Assembly (NCBI GenBank): GCA_965242765.1
Contig: CBDESY010000003.1
Coordinates: forward strand, 4,578 to 68,577
Direction: 5' to 3'
DNA: 64,000 nucleotides
Origin: Dehalococcoidia bacterium
GTDB taxonomy: Bacteria > Chloroflexota > Dehalococcoidia > Lucifugimonadales > Lucifugimonadaceae
Shown here: piece after piece, positions 18,442 through 28,439 of the stretch
Position numbering within the stretch: the stretch's first letter is position 1
How the letters are laid out: the number at the start of each line of letters is the position of its first letter
Notes under the pieces: generated by a model
What the model was told of the DNA's origin: nothing
Databases searched by the model: none
The model's input: the letters and a program-made list of their open reading frames with translations, nothing else
Translations under genes and position numbers: made by a program

Positions 18442-21400
18442 CTAGCCTGCCCTTCGGAATATCGCAATCATCCCGGCCACCACCACCAGAACTAGCGGCG
18501 CGGCGACGAAGCTGAACGGCAACCCGCCGACTGTGGGAGCCAACACTATCCAAGAAGTCGTCAGGAGCAGAAACAGAATCGCAACTCTAGCTTGTTGATT
18601 CGAACCGGGCGTTAAGAAGTAACCAGCACCGGCTACCAATGCCGAAGCCGCAACCGCCAACCCGACCGATAATCCTTGCGTCTGCAAAGCACCTTCACCA
18701 ACTCCTAAAGCACCCAGAAAATCCCTAGTGCCAAAATCTTCGGGAGTGTTTTCGGGATTGGCAGCTGAGGGCGTGGCGGTCGCCAACACTTCATTGAAAG
18801 GAGATACCGGCAACGCTGAACGTGTCGCATCGTAGTAACGAGGAGCCGACCATCCGCTTCGCTCATTCCCTTCAAGCACTGAACGGACTGAAAACCAGCT
18901 CGCGGTGCCGTGCAACACGTAAGCCAACTGCTCAGTGGACCTTGCAACCGCACCGGCGCCCTTGAACGTAGTAAGCGTCGGCTCCCGCAAAATCGGATCT
19001 ATCGTTCCGAAATCATTGAGTTGTCCGCCGCCTTCCCATCGCACTACAGTACGCATCGGCGACGTTTCAACGCCAAAGACATGCGCGCCGGCTGGGACTG
19101 CTTCAGTGTAGATTTCGGTAGCAATCGAAGGGTCTAAGTCAACGATCAACTCCACAAACTCTTGACGCGTTTCCTCAGTTGCTAAATCAACGCGCGTATC
19201 TACTGTCAACAATTCCCATTCCATCCAATCCGTCGCCACACTGATCAATCTAGAATACGCATCGCCTTGGAGAACCAGATAAAACGAATCGTTCGACTGG
19301 TCACCGTACATCGCAAGGACGTAGAAACTAGTCCCCGACAATCGTATCTGGTAAGACGGTCCGCCGTCTACCACTTGTGGATTTTCAACCCCTATCCAAC
19401 AACCTGAGGGACATCGATAATCGGAATGAGAGATTATATGTCCCCCCGAAGCATAGCCGACACGCTCGCCATGATTGCCCGACAGCAGTTTTGCGCGTGA
19501 AATCCCTTGCGACTGCAACAACCGAGAGTCTTGATAGCCGAGTCGTTCCCGCAATTCGTAGAACAATGCATCCTCGATGTTCGTCCAGCGAATCACCACT
19601 TCATCGCGGTCACCGGCCAGCCTGCTGAGGTGAACATCAAATATCTCCGGCGGGCGCGGCAAAGTTCTACCACCAGCACCCTCAGGTTCACTGCATTCGA
19701 CAGTTCCCGAAGATATGTCAGCGACGATGCTCACAACCAAAGTGTCTGAATACTCCGCGCCAAACTCGAACTCGGCATAAAGCCTGAAATCGTAACGTTG
19801 CCCAGCAAGTGCCGCCGGCAACGAATAAGTAGCTGCATCGCCTGCCAGTCTCACTTCTTCATAATCGATTTCATTGCCAGTTCGCCATTCGACAATCATC
19901 GCACTTGGTGTTTCGGAACCCGGCACAGCAACAGTAGGCGGCGACCATGAAAGTGTTAGACCAACATTACGTTGTTGATTCCCTCCCCCCGTAACAGCTA
20001 CGGCTTCGGCTTGGCAACTTGTCGGATCAGCGCGTTCTCCAGACAACGCCGCGCTTTGCACTACATAAGCCGAATATCGATTTTCACTATTGACTACCCG
20101 AACCGCTCGAACCCTGAAGGCGTAGGATGCACCAACCGACAACCCATCGACATCAACGCTCAAAACGTTGGATGCGATGTCATTGTTGATCGTCGTCCAC
20201 GTCGTGTCACCAGCCGCCTGATACGAAGCTTGATATTTTTCAGCTGCTGGTGCGGGCCCGGCCTGCCACGACAATGTTGCGTCAGCGAGTGCATTGTTGT
20301 CCATATCGACTGTTATCGATACCGATACATTGATAGGCGCGCCTGGCGCGCCTGCGCTATCGTCAATCACAGTTGCAGTGACGGCCGTGGACCATTGTCC
20401 TGCGCCGCCGCCTGGAGCCGGAGCGCGCGCCCTGATTCGAAACGTGTAATCGTCGCCGACGACTAGCTTTGGGAGAGTCAAAGTCGAAAGATTCGGACTG
20501 ATGGTGTCGTCCACGGTAGTCACGCTTCGATGCGTAGTTTCGAGATCGAACCCGGCAATCGTGACTAGAGCGGATTGCGTCCAATCCAATTTCAAGCCGT
20601 TCACAATTTGCGTCACAGTCAAGGTTGTCGGCTGCGACGGATAAAACCGCTGAGCAGTGACATAGCCTGAGTACCTGAACTCTCCCATAAATGTCCGATA
20701 ACCTCGAACTCTTACACAGTACTGCGTGTTTGCCGAAACCGGCGCAAACACATACATCAGCGCGCTGCCGACATTCGTTTCCGTCCACGCGCCAGTACAA
20801 CCATTCTGTATCTCTACCGCGTAACCCTGCGTCGCCGGTCCGGTAGTCGGTGCTTTCCAGTTCATCAAGATTTCGCCACGTGCTGCCGTCTGGTTGTAAA
20901 AAGCAGTGGCAGTCACGCTGATAGGCGCGTTGGGGCCATCTTCTGCTTCGTTGACAGTCGTGACATTCGCCGTCGCAAACGGCGAAGAATGTGTAGCGTT
21001 TTGCGCCCTGAACCTAAAATCGTAAGCGGTTTGATCAGTCAATCCCGTAACTGTGAATGAACTGCTTGCCTTGGGTATCGTCCCCGCCGAAGTCCATGCA
21101 CTCGCAGTTCCTAATTTGTATTCCAGATACCAACTGACAACTTCGCTCAACAACTTGGCACCCCCACTCCATGAAGCCGTCACACGAGTAGCACCGGCCG
21201 TAATCGTCAACGTCGGTGTTTCCATCAAGTAAATCGCAGCCACAGTCACCCATGCCGAACGACGTATCGAAGGGTTGGGACAATTGACGGGATCGGCGCA
21301 AATCTTACGAATCGAACGGACTCTAATGCTGGTAGTCGTCGCTACTTTAGGAGTGGCGGAAACTAATGTAGTCGTGTCTTTGAACTCTTGAATCCTACCA

Positions 21401-23298
21401 GACGGAACGCCGTCGGACATGCTCTGGGCTTCATATGCGTCAAGATTGGTGTCGTCGGTCGGCGGTGTCCAGCTATAAGACACGTTCATGTTCTCGCCAT
21501 TGTCCGTCGGCGCGCCGATTGCAATCGCAACCGACATTGGCGGGTTAGGCGCGCCAACCGAATCGTCTAACGTCTTTGTCGTCGCCCAACGGCGTATTCC
21601 ATTGCGGTTTGAAGACGATTTTTTACGCACTCCGAAGCAATAATCGATATCGTGCGACAAGCCTGTAGCCGTATAGGTTCGAGTCGTCGAAGTCGATATG
21701 TCTGCCTTGTTTGTCAACGGGGTAGGCTTAGGCGCATCACCGCAAGTAGTCCCAGTGGTGATCTGCCCCCATGCCACTTCCCATGTTTCTGCAGTGGTCG
21801 AAGTGACCGAAGCGTCTACCCAATTCACGACAACCGATTCCACGTCCGGAGTCAGTGAAACAGAGGTAGGAGCAGGCGGTATCGGATAAACGTTGCCTGA
21901 AGCCGTCGCCGCGGTGCCAGTTCCGTTGTTGTTCTTCGCCGCTACCGAAATCGTCGCCGCTTGAACGTTGCGCGTGGGATCATATGGCACCAACACAGTT
22001 TCAGTAAGATCGTTTGCCGCAAGATTGCGGGTGACACCACTTGGCAAGGGGACGTTCGATTTAAATGTGTAACCCGTGACAGTACCGGCGGGAGCCTTCC
22101 ATGTGCAGACGATTCGTCCGTCTGATCGATTGCGGCTGCTACCTCGATCAAATCCGTTAGACACTGTGCAACTCAAACTTTGCGGCGGTTGCGGCACTGG
22201 CGACCATACAAACGATGCTGAGTATCTGCGTTGCGAATTGCCTTCAGAGTTGAAGGCGACAACGGCGACTCGGTAAGTGTTCCCAGCTGTGAGATTGCCT
22301 GAAGCGTTGAATGTGCGGGTGTAGGTGCTTGAGTTCGTTGCGCCGAGCGTGGAACATGTCGTGCCAGTGGCACCCGCGCAGAGCAATACAGTGTAGCCAG
22401 TCGCGGAATTGAACGTTGAAGCCGCCCAAGAAACCTTGAACGTCGTCATGCTGGTAGTGGAATCGACTGTGACGCTCGGCGGTGCGGACGGAGCCTTGGT
22501 TACATCCGTTATAAAAGAATAGTAAGCGGCTTGATATAGGCCATTCTGAACTTCGCCTGGACTTTTGTTGAAGACAGTGCCATAGTCATCATATAAATCC
22601 TCCAGGCCATAGTTCGCGGTATTGTCCGATGTTTTCAAGGAAAAACGGATAGTGGAAGTCGATGCTGTATTCTCTATATCTCCGGATACTCGGTCTGCAA
22701 CCCTACATCCATCAAGCAATCCGGGTTTGTGTTGTGAGCTAAATGTAGAACAAGCAATGTGTACAGAGTTAACCAACGATGGTACGGGGATTGCTCCTGT
22801 GAGAACAAAATATGAAAGACGTTTTGAGCTGACAGCGCCTGATTGCACGATTATTTCGTCCACTCCCAAAGCATTCCCGTTACTAACGTTCATCACGCGC
22901 AAACCGCTACGTGGTTGTGGCGAGTCCTTACATCGTTTGTCGGTGACATCAGAAGGCACGTGTTCACGCGCGCTGGCAAGTAAGTAACACACAAAACGAT
23001 AGCCAGTAACATTGCCAAACCCTGGCACCGCATGTGTCGATGGAGTTTGTGAAGCTAACTTATATGATGCGCTGTATCCGTCACCGCTACCGAAAATGTG
23101 GCCTTGCGACGAGTTCACCAGTAATATCTGAGCAGCCCACCTTGACAGACCGGCTATTGGCAAACTTGGTTTGGCTGTCTGCCGTTCCCTAACGCACGGA
23201 TTTTCCGTCCCGCAACCCGTCTTTTGCGCGCTTGCTTGATCGGCTACTCCTATCAGCATCAGCGCGGCGACCATCGCCACGAGCCATCGAGTTCGCAT
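18442..23298 (-). CDS. giant Fn3-repeat surface protein B with C-terminal 3-helix membrane anchor
   Basis: About 1618 aa from the ATG at 23298 (the track's TTG is at 23328). Signal peptide 'MRTRWLVAMVAALMLIGVADQASAQ'. Many W...Y...Y.V.A.N..G.S Fn3-like units. C-terminal hydrophobic segments ending in 'IFRRAG'. Confidence 0.88.
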   Translation of the reverse strand: MRTRWLVAMVAALMLIGVADQASAQKTGCGTENPCVRERQTAKPSLPIAGLSRWAAQILLVNSSQGHIFGSGDGYSASYKLASQTPSTHAVPGFGNVTGYRFVCYLLASAREHVPSDVTDKRCKDSPQPRSGLRVMNVSNGNALGVDEIIVQSGAVSSKRLSYFVLTGAIPVPSLVNSVHIACSTFSSQHKPGLLDGCRVADRVSGDIENTASTSTIRFSLKTSDNTANYGLEDLYDDYGTVFNKSPGEVQNGLYQAAYYSFITDVTKAPSAPPSVTVDSTTSMTTFKVSWAASTFNSATGYTVLLCAGATGTTCSTLGATNSSTYTRTFNASGNLTAGNTYRVAVVAFNSEGNSQRRYSASFVWSPVPQPPQSLSCTVSNGFDRGSSRNRSDGRIVCTWKAPAGTVTGYTFKSNVPLPSGVTRNLAANDLTETVLVPYDPTRNVQAATISVAAKNNNGTGTAATASGNVYPIPPAPTSVSLTPDVESVVVNWVDASVTSTTAETWEVAWGQITTGTTCGDAPKPTPLTNKADISTSTTRTYTATGLSHDIDYCFGVRKKSSSNRNGIRRWATTKTLDDSVGAPNPPMSVAIAIGAPTDNGENMNVSYSWTPPTDDTNLDAYEAQSMSDGVPSGRIQEFKDTTTLVSATPKVATTTSIRVRSIRKICADPVNCPNPSIRRSAWVTVAAIYLMETPTLTITAGATRVTASWSGGAKLLSEVVSWYLEYKLGTASAWTSAGTIPKASSSFTVTGLTDQTAYDFRFRAQNATHSSPFATANVTTVNEAEDGPNAPISVTATAFYNQTAARGEILMNWKAPTTGPATQGYAVEIQNGCTGAWTETNVGSALMYVFAPVSANTQYCVRVRGYRTFMGEFRYSGYVTAQRFYPSQPTTLTVTQIVNGLKLDWTQSALVTIAGFDLETTHRSVTTVDDTISPNLSTLTLPKLVVGDDYTFRIRARAPAPGGGAGQWSTAVTATVIDDSAGAPGAPINVSVSITVDMDNNALADATLSWQAGPAPAAEKYQASYQAAGDTTWTTINNDIASNVLSVDVDGLSVGASYAFRVRAVRVVNSENRYSAYVVQSAALSGERADPTSCQAEAVAVTGGGNQQRNVGLTLSWSPPTVAVPGSETPSAMIVEWRTGNEIDYEEVRLAGDAATYSLPAALAGQRYDFRLYAEFEFGAEYSDTLVVSIVADISSGTVECSEPEGAGGRTLPRPPEIFDVHLSRLAGDRDEVVIRWTNIEDALFYELRERLGYQDSRLLQSQGISRAKLLSGNHGERVGYASGGHIISHSDYRCPSGCWIGVENPQVVDGGPSYQIRLSGTSFYVLAMYGDQSNDSFYLVLQGDAYSRLISVATDWMEWELLTVDTRVDLATEETRQEFVELIVDLDPSIATEIYTEAVPAGAHVFGVETSPMRTVVRWEGGGQLNDFGTIDPILREPTLTTFKGAGAVARSTEQLAYVLHGTASWFSVRSVLEGNERSGWSAPRYYDATRSALPVSPFNEVLATATPSAANPENTPEDFGTRDFLGALGVGEGALQTQGLSVGLAVAASALVAGAGYFLTPGSNQQARVAILFLLLTTSWIVLAPTVGGLPFSFVAAPLVLVVVAGMIAIFRRAG

Positions 23299-23302
23299 CC
23301 AA

Positions 23303-26300
23303 CTAACCTGCCCTTCTGAATATCGCAATCATGCCGGCGATTATCACCAGCACCAGTGGCGCGGCGACGAAGCTGAACGGCAACCCGCCGACTGTGGGAG
23401 CCAACACTATCCAAGAAGTAGTCAAGAGCAGAAACAGAATCGCAACTCTAGCTTGTTGATTCGAACCCGGCGTTAAGAAGTAACCAGCACCGGCTACCAA
23501 TGCCGAAGCCGCAACCGCCAACCCGACTGAGAAGCCTTGTGTCTGCAAGGCACCTTCACCAACTCCCAACGCACCCAGAAAATCCCTAGTGCCAAAATCT
23601 TCAGGGGTGTTTTCTGGATTGTCGGCCGAGGGTGTAGCGGTCGGCAACAAATTCTCATGCGGCGGCGGCGGCAATGCGGACCGCGTGGCATCGTAGTGGC
23701 GCGGCGCGGACCATCCGCTTCGTTCGTTGTTCTCAAAGACTGAACGGACTGAAAACCATGTTTCTGTGCCGTGCAACACATAAGCCACTTGTTCTGTTGC
23801 TCTTGCGATGCCGCCCGCGCCTTCAAAAGTCGTCAGAGTCGGTCTACGAAGAATCGAATCGTAGTAACCGTACTCGGTAGTTTGCCCGCCTGCAGACCAT
23901 CGGATTATCGTGCGTTGAACATTATTGCCCGCGCCGAATTGATAAGCACCAGTTGGAATCGTTTCGGTATAGATTTCGTCTGCGATGGCAGGGTCAAGGT
24001 CGGTTTCAAACTCGATGAACGATTGCGACACTTCTTCGGTAACAGGATCGACGCGGGTATCGACTGTCAAGATGTCCCACTGAAACCAATCTGCCTTGAC
24101 GCTCGAAAGAAACTCGAACAAATCCCCTTGAAGAACCAGATAGTAACTATCGTTTGAGCGATCTGCATACATGGCCAAGACCCAATGATTGTTCCCGTCG
24201 ACTCGAATGCTATAGGTAGGCCCATCGGTAGTTGCGGTTGGTGCTTCAATCCCAAGCCAACACGCTGAAGGACATGTGTAATTGGCATGTTGAATCAAGT
24301 GTCCGCGCGCTGCGTAACCCACTCTTGACAGATCGTTCCCCGATATCGGGTCCGCTCGTGAAATCCCGTCGGTCTGTAATTTTCGTGAGTCCTGGTAGCC
24401 CAATCGTTCCCGCAACTCGTAGAACTGCGCTTGCTCCTGATACGTCCAACGCACAATCACTTCATCGCGGTCACCGCTTGGACGATTCAAGTGAACATCA
24501 AAAATCTCAGGCGGTCTGTTTATCGTGACGGATTCGGCATCTTCTGGCGCGGTGCAATCGATGGTTCCGGCCGAGAGGTCGGCGACAATCGACACCACAA
24601 GCGTATCTGAGTATGCATCGCCAAAAGCGAACTCGGCGTAAAGCCGAAAATCGTAACGTTGACCGACTAAGACGTTCGGCAAAGTGTAGCTGCTGATTGT
24701 TCCGCCAAGTTTGACAGGACGATAGTTAATTGTGTCGCCAGTGCGCCATTCGACTACCATGGCAGTCGGCGTTTCCACGTCCTCTTTAACATCGTTTGGC
24801 GGAGTCCACGAGAGAGTCAGTCCTACTTGTGCTTGTTGTCCCGTCCCTGCAGATACGGCGGCGGCTTTGGCTGCGCAGTCTTCAGGATTGATGCGCTCAC
24901 CTGGTGCAACAGCGTTGACGGCGGCATATTGGGAATAACGTTTTTCGCCTTCGAGTTTGCGGAACGCCCGCACTCGAAACGTGTAAACAGTCCCGCCTTT
25001 GACTCCCTCGGCGTTGATGCTGGTGGTAGATGCTGAGATATCGTTATTGATGGTAGTCCAAGTTTCCGCACCGGACGCTTGATAACTAGCTTCGTATCCT
25101 TCAGTGGCGGGATTGACACCAACGTTCCAAGAAAACATGATGTCTACCAGCTGCGCGTTGTTTTGATCTTCGGTGATAGTCGTGGACAACATGGTCGGAG
25201 TTCCCGGGCCATTCGTCAACTCGCTTGCAACTGTTCCCGACACACTGGCAGACCATTGCCCGCATCCTTCTCCCGGTGCGTCTGCACATGCTCTGATTCG
25301 ATAGGAGTACATCTCTCCTTCTTCAAGATTCTTCAGTCGCAACTTGCGCGCGGCCGAGTTCACTGTATCGTCTACAGTAACTTTTGAATCGTAGGTCTGC
25401 TCAAGCTCGAAGTTGCCAATTTTCACTGTGTCGGCAAGCGTCCAGTTCAAAACGAAGCCGCCGATCACGGAGAGAAGCGATGTCATTACGGGTTGCGACG
25501 GAAAATACCGTTCTGCCGTCACGTATCCAGAGTATCGAGTTTCAGGAATCACAGTACGATATCCCCTTACCCGAATGCAATATCTCGTGTTTGGCGATAG
25601 ATTTGTCCATGTATATGTAATGGCCGTGATGCCACTGGTATCCGTCCATGCGCCTGCACAACCTGTTTGGATGCCGACTTCATAACCCGCCGCCGCGGGT
25701 CCGCCAACTGCTGATTTCCATCGCAGGATCAAATTGCCTTGATTCGTCGTGTTGTTGAAAAAAGCCGTGGCACGAACATTGCTGGGCGAGTTGGGTCCGC
25801 CCGTTGTTTCAGATACGGTGCTTATCGTTGCTTCGGCGAAGGCAGAAGAATGACTTGAGTTCTGCGCGCGCAGGCGCAGGTCGTAAGACGTTTCATCTTC
25901 GAGATTTGTGATTCGGAATGTCGATGTAGCCTTAGCGATGGAAGATGTCGCCGTCCACGTGCTACCGCTACTCAATTTGTAATCCAAATCCCATGTAGAT
26001 ACTGCCGACAACAACTCCGCGCTTCCGGTCCATGACGCTTGAATTGATACCGCCCCGGCGGTAAGCGTCAAAGTTGGAGCTTCCATGAGATAGACACCAC
26101 TTGACGCGCTTACCCACTTGGAAACACGATAGGAGGGGTTTGTGCATACCAGATTGTCCTCGCATATCAGTCTGTATGAGCGCACACGCGCGTTTGTTTC
26201 AGTGCCATTGGACACTTCTTGGCTCAGCGAGGTAGAAGAGTACTTGAGCCGTTGATCATCCTCTTGACTGATGTCGTTTGAAAGCGTCTCGATTTCGTAG

Positions 26301-28105
26301 CCGTCAAGGTTGGTCGTATCGCTTGGTGGAACCCAGCTGAAAGTCACGCTGTGCTTCAAGCCATCAGAAGACAACGCTCCAACGGCTATTGATACTGATT
26401 GTGGCGGATCGGGTGCGCCTTCGGATGCGGTAATGGTCGATGTCGTCGCATAGTATTTCACTCCGTTTCGGTCGTCAGACGATTTTTTACTCACAGCGAA
26501 GCAGTAATCCGTATTCGCTTCAATTCCCGACACTGTGTACGTACGCACAGCCGATTTTTCAACCTCGTGGTTGTCCGTAAGTGGAACTGGATTTTCAGAC
26601 CCGCCGCAAGTCGTGTTGTTGGCTCCTTCTCCCCATTCGATCAACCATGTTTCCTCAGTTAAAGCGGTTACCGATGCGTCTACCCATTCAACCTTTACGA
26701 ATGAAACGTCAGGGGTAAGCTTCACTGATGAAGGCGCGGTGGGCAACGGATACACCATGCCAGTTGCAGTTGCCGCGGTGCCATCTCCGAAAGTGTTGAC
26801 ACCTAAAACTGATATCGAATAGTTTTGAACATCGCGCTCGTAATCGTAAGGAACGGTCACGCTTTCAGTAAGGTCGTTTGCCGCCAAGGTCCGTGACACG
26901 CCAGTCGGCAAAGGGACATTGGATGTGAACTTGTAACCAGTGACGGCTCTGGTTGGTGCTTTCCAGGTGCAAGTAATTTCACCTGAAGACTTTCGATCAT
27001 TCGCGCTTTTGTCGTATCCGTTGACAGCTTTGCAACTCAAGTTGTTCGGCGGTCCGGGTGTTTGACTCCAAGTGAACGCCGGAGAATATGCCACTGGAGA
27101 ATCGCCATTGGCGTTAGTTGCGATAACAGCGATTCGATAGGTAAGTCCGGCAGTAAGTTTCCCGGATGTTGCGTAAGTCGCCGTGAAAGTCGACGCGTTC
27201 GCAGTTCCAAGAGCAACACAAACAGTTCCGCTTGCCCCGGCGCAAAATTGGATTTTGTAACTGGTTGGATTTCCAAACGATGGCTTGGTCCAAGTCACGC
27301 CGATCTGCGTCGCAGAGGTTGTAGAGTCGACGACGATTGATGGCACTGGGGTTGGTGCACCCGAAATCTCCCACGTCAATTTGTAAGCCAAGTTTGCAGT
27401 ATCATCGAAATCGTTACTCCAGCTCTGGTAAGAATACCCGCTAGTCTGTGATGTCTGAAAGTCGAACTCAATGGTGGTGTTCGAGTCGCCGTCATGCAAT
27501 GCCGTGTAGCTCAGTGGCGTAGTGCAGGAACTGAGAAGGGGGTAATCACTGGCGTCGTCGGTGGTATTTTTGCATCCGATTGTCAAAGAACGGATCGAAG
27601 CTTGCGTTGGGACTAACTTGTTCAACACAAGATAGGATTTGCGCGTTGAACCAGTTACCGCACCTGTTTCGGTATACAGCTTATAGCTGTAGTACTTCAC
27701 AGAATTGTTGATGAGGACAATCCCTTGATTGTTCCATGTTGCTGCGCCATGAGAAGATGTGTCGGGCGCACTGGAACAGGCCCTGTATTTGTTATGGTAG
27801 ATAGTCTTCTGAAATACAAGCAACGCGGCAGTCGACGTTTGGCACGAACCGGTGTATGAATTTTTGGAACCCACACCAGGTATGTCGTAATTTCCCGCCC
27901 CAGTCTGAGGCGGAAGCATCCGTGTGGGAATGCTTATACCGATACCTGGAGGAGCGACTACCAAAGAAACATCACGACTGAACGTTCCTGAAGTCAAAGA
28001 TGGTGGTGTGACCTGACGCTGACGCTGTTGCGGCTGGGCATCGACATCAAAACCGATCAGCAACGTTGCGACTACAACCAATAATCCGAAGATTCGATAC
28101 CACAT
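23303..28105 (-). CDS. giant Fn3-repeat surface protein A (paralog of 18442..23298)
   Basis: About 1600 aa from the ATG at 28105 (the track's ATG is at 28129). 'MWYRIFGLLVVVATLLIGFDVDAQ' signal peptide, with AGGTGA 4 nt upstream. Collinear with paralog B, and the last ~110 aa are almost identical. Confidence 0.88.
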   Translation of the reverse strand: MWYRIFGLLVVVATLLIGFDVDAQPQQRQRQVTPPSLTSGTFSRDVSLVVAPPGIGISIPTRMLPPQTGAGNYDIPGVGSKNSYTGSCQTSTAALLVFQKTIYHNKYRACSSAPDTSSHGAATWNNQGIVLINNSVKYYSYKLYTETGAVTGSTRKSYLVLNKLVPTQASIRSLTIGCKNTTDDASDYPLLSSCTTPLSYTALHDGDSNTTIEFDFQTSQTSGYSYQSWSNDFDDTANLAYKLTWEISGAPTPVPSIVVDSTTSATQIGVTWTKPSFGNPTSYKIQFCAGASGTVCVALGTANASTFTATYATSGKLTAGLTYRIAVIATNANGDSPVAYSPAFTWSQTPGPPNNLSCKAVNGYDKSANDRKSSGEITCTWKAPTRAVTGYKFTSNVPLPTGVSRTLAANDLTESVTVPYDYERDVQNYSISVLGVNTFGDGTAATATGMVYPLPTAPSSVKLTPDVSFVKVEWVDASVTALTEETWLIEWGEGANNTTCGGSENPVPLTDNHEVEKSAVRTYTVSGIEANTDYCFAVSKKSSDDRNGVKYYATTSTITASEGAPDPPQSVSIAVGALSSDGLKHSVTFSWVPPSDTTNLDGYEIETLSNDISQEDDQRLKYSSTSLSQEVSNGTETNARVRSYRLICEDNLVCTNPSYRVSKWVSASSGVYLMEAPTLTLTAGAVSIQASWTGSAELLSAVSTWDLDYKLSSGSTWTATSSIAKATSTFRITNLEDETSYDLRLRAQNSSHSSAFAEATISTVSETTGGPNSPSNVRATAFFNNTTNQGNLILRWKSAVGGPAAAGYEVGIQTGCAGAWTDTSGITAITYTWTNLSPNTRYCIRVRGYRTVIPETRYSGYVTAERYFPSQPVMTSLLSVIGGFVLNWTLADTVKIGNFELEQTYDSKVTVDDTVNSAARKLRLKNLEEGEMYSYRIRACADAPGEGCGQWSASVSGTVASELTNGPGTPTMLSTTITEDQNNAQLVDIMFSWNVGVNPATEGYEASYQASGAETWTTINNDISASTTSINAEGVKGGTVYTFRVRAFRKLEGEKRYSQYAAVNAVAPGERINPEDCAAKAAAVSAGTGQQAQVGLTLSWTPPNDVKEDVETPTAMVVEWRTGDTINYRPVKLGGTISSYTLPNVLVGQRYDFRLYAEFAFGDAYSDTLVVSIVADLSAGTIDCTAPEDAESVTINRPPEIFDVHLNRPSGDRDEVIVRWTYQEQAQFYELRERLGYQDSRKLQTDGISRADPISGNDLSRVGYAARGHLIQHANYTCPSACWLGIEAPTATTDGPTYSIRVDGNNHWVLAMYADRSNDSYYLVLQGDLFEFLSSVKADWFQWDILTVDTRVDPVTEEVSQSFIEFETDLDPAIADEIYTETIPTGAYQFGAGNNVQRTIIRWSAGGQTTEYGYYDSILRRPTLTTFEGAGGIARATEQVAYVLHGTETWFSVRSVFENNERSGWSAPRHYDATRSALPPPPHENLLPTATPSADNPENTPEDFGTRDFLGALGVGEGALQTQGFSVGLAVAASALVAGAGYFLTPGSNQQARVAILFLLLTTSWIVLAPTVGGLPFSFVAAPLVLVIIAGMIAIFRRAG

Positions 28106-28109
28106 CGTG

Positions 28110-28439
28110 TCACCTGCGCGGTCGTCCATGACTGTCGTACCCCGGCCAGTCGGTGCGCGCTTGTTCTCTATTCATCGATAGACGATTGGCGCGCGTGTTG
28201 GTAGACACCCGGCGCGGCTTTTTCCGCGCGGGTCGTTTACGCACCAAACCATCCATAATCTCTCGGACTTGAAACGTCGTTGCGATGATGCAGACGATGG
28301 CGATGGCATAAAGCAGATACTCGAAAAGCCACGCAACCTCGCCATACGCTTCAAAGCGTTCATTGGTGCCTACCCATGAACCAAATACCGCGCAAAGCGC
28401 GGCACTTGCTCCCAAAGCGAATATGCCAAGTATCTGCAT
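28110..28439 (-). CDS. small 2-TM membrane protein with basic tail, coupled to giant ORF B
   Basis: 109 aa. Its start overlaps the stop of 28439..37804 by 1 nt. Two hydrophobic helices are followed by 'RKRPARKKPRR'. Confidence 0.55.
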   Translation of the reverse strand: MQILGIFALGASAALCAVFGSWVGTNERFEAYGEVAWLFEYLLYAIAIVCIIATTFQVREIMDGLVRKRPARKKPRRVSTNTRANRLSMNREQARTDWPGYDSHGRPRR

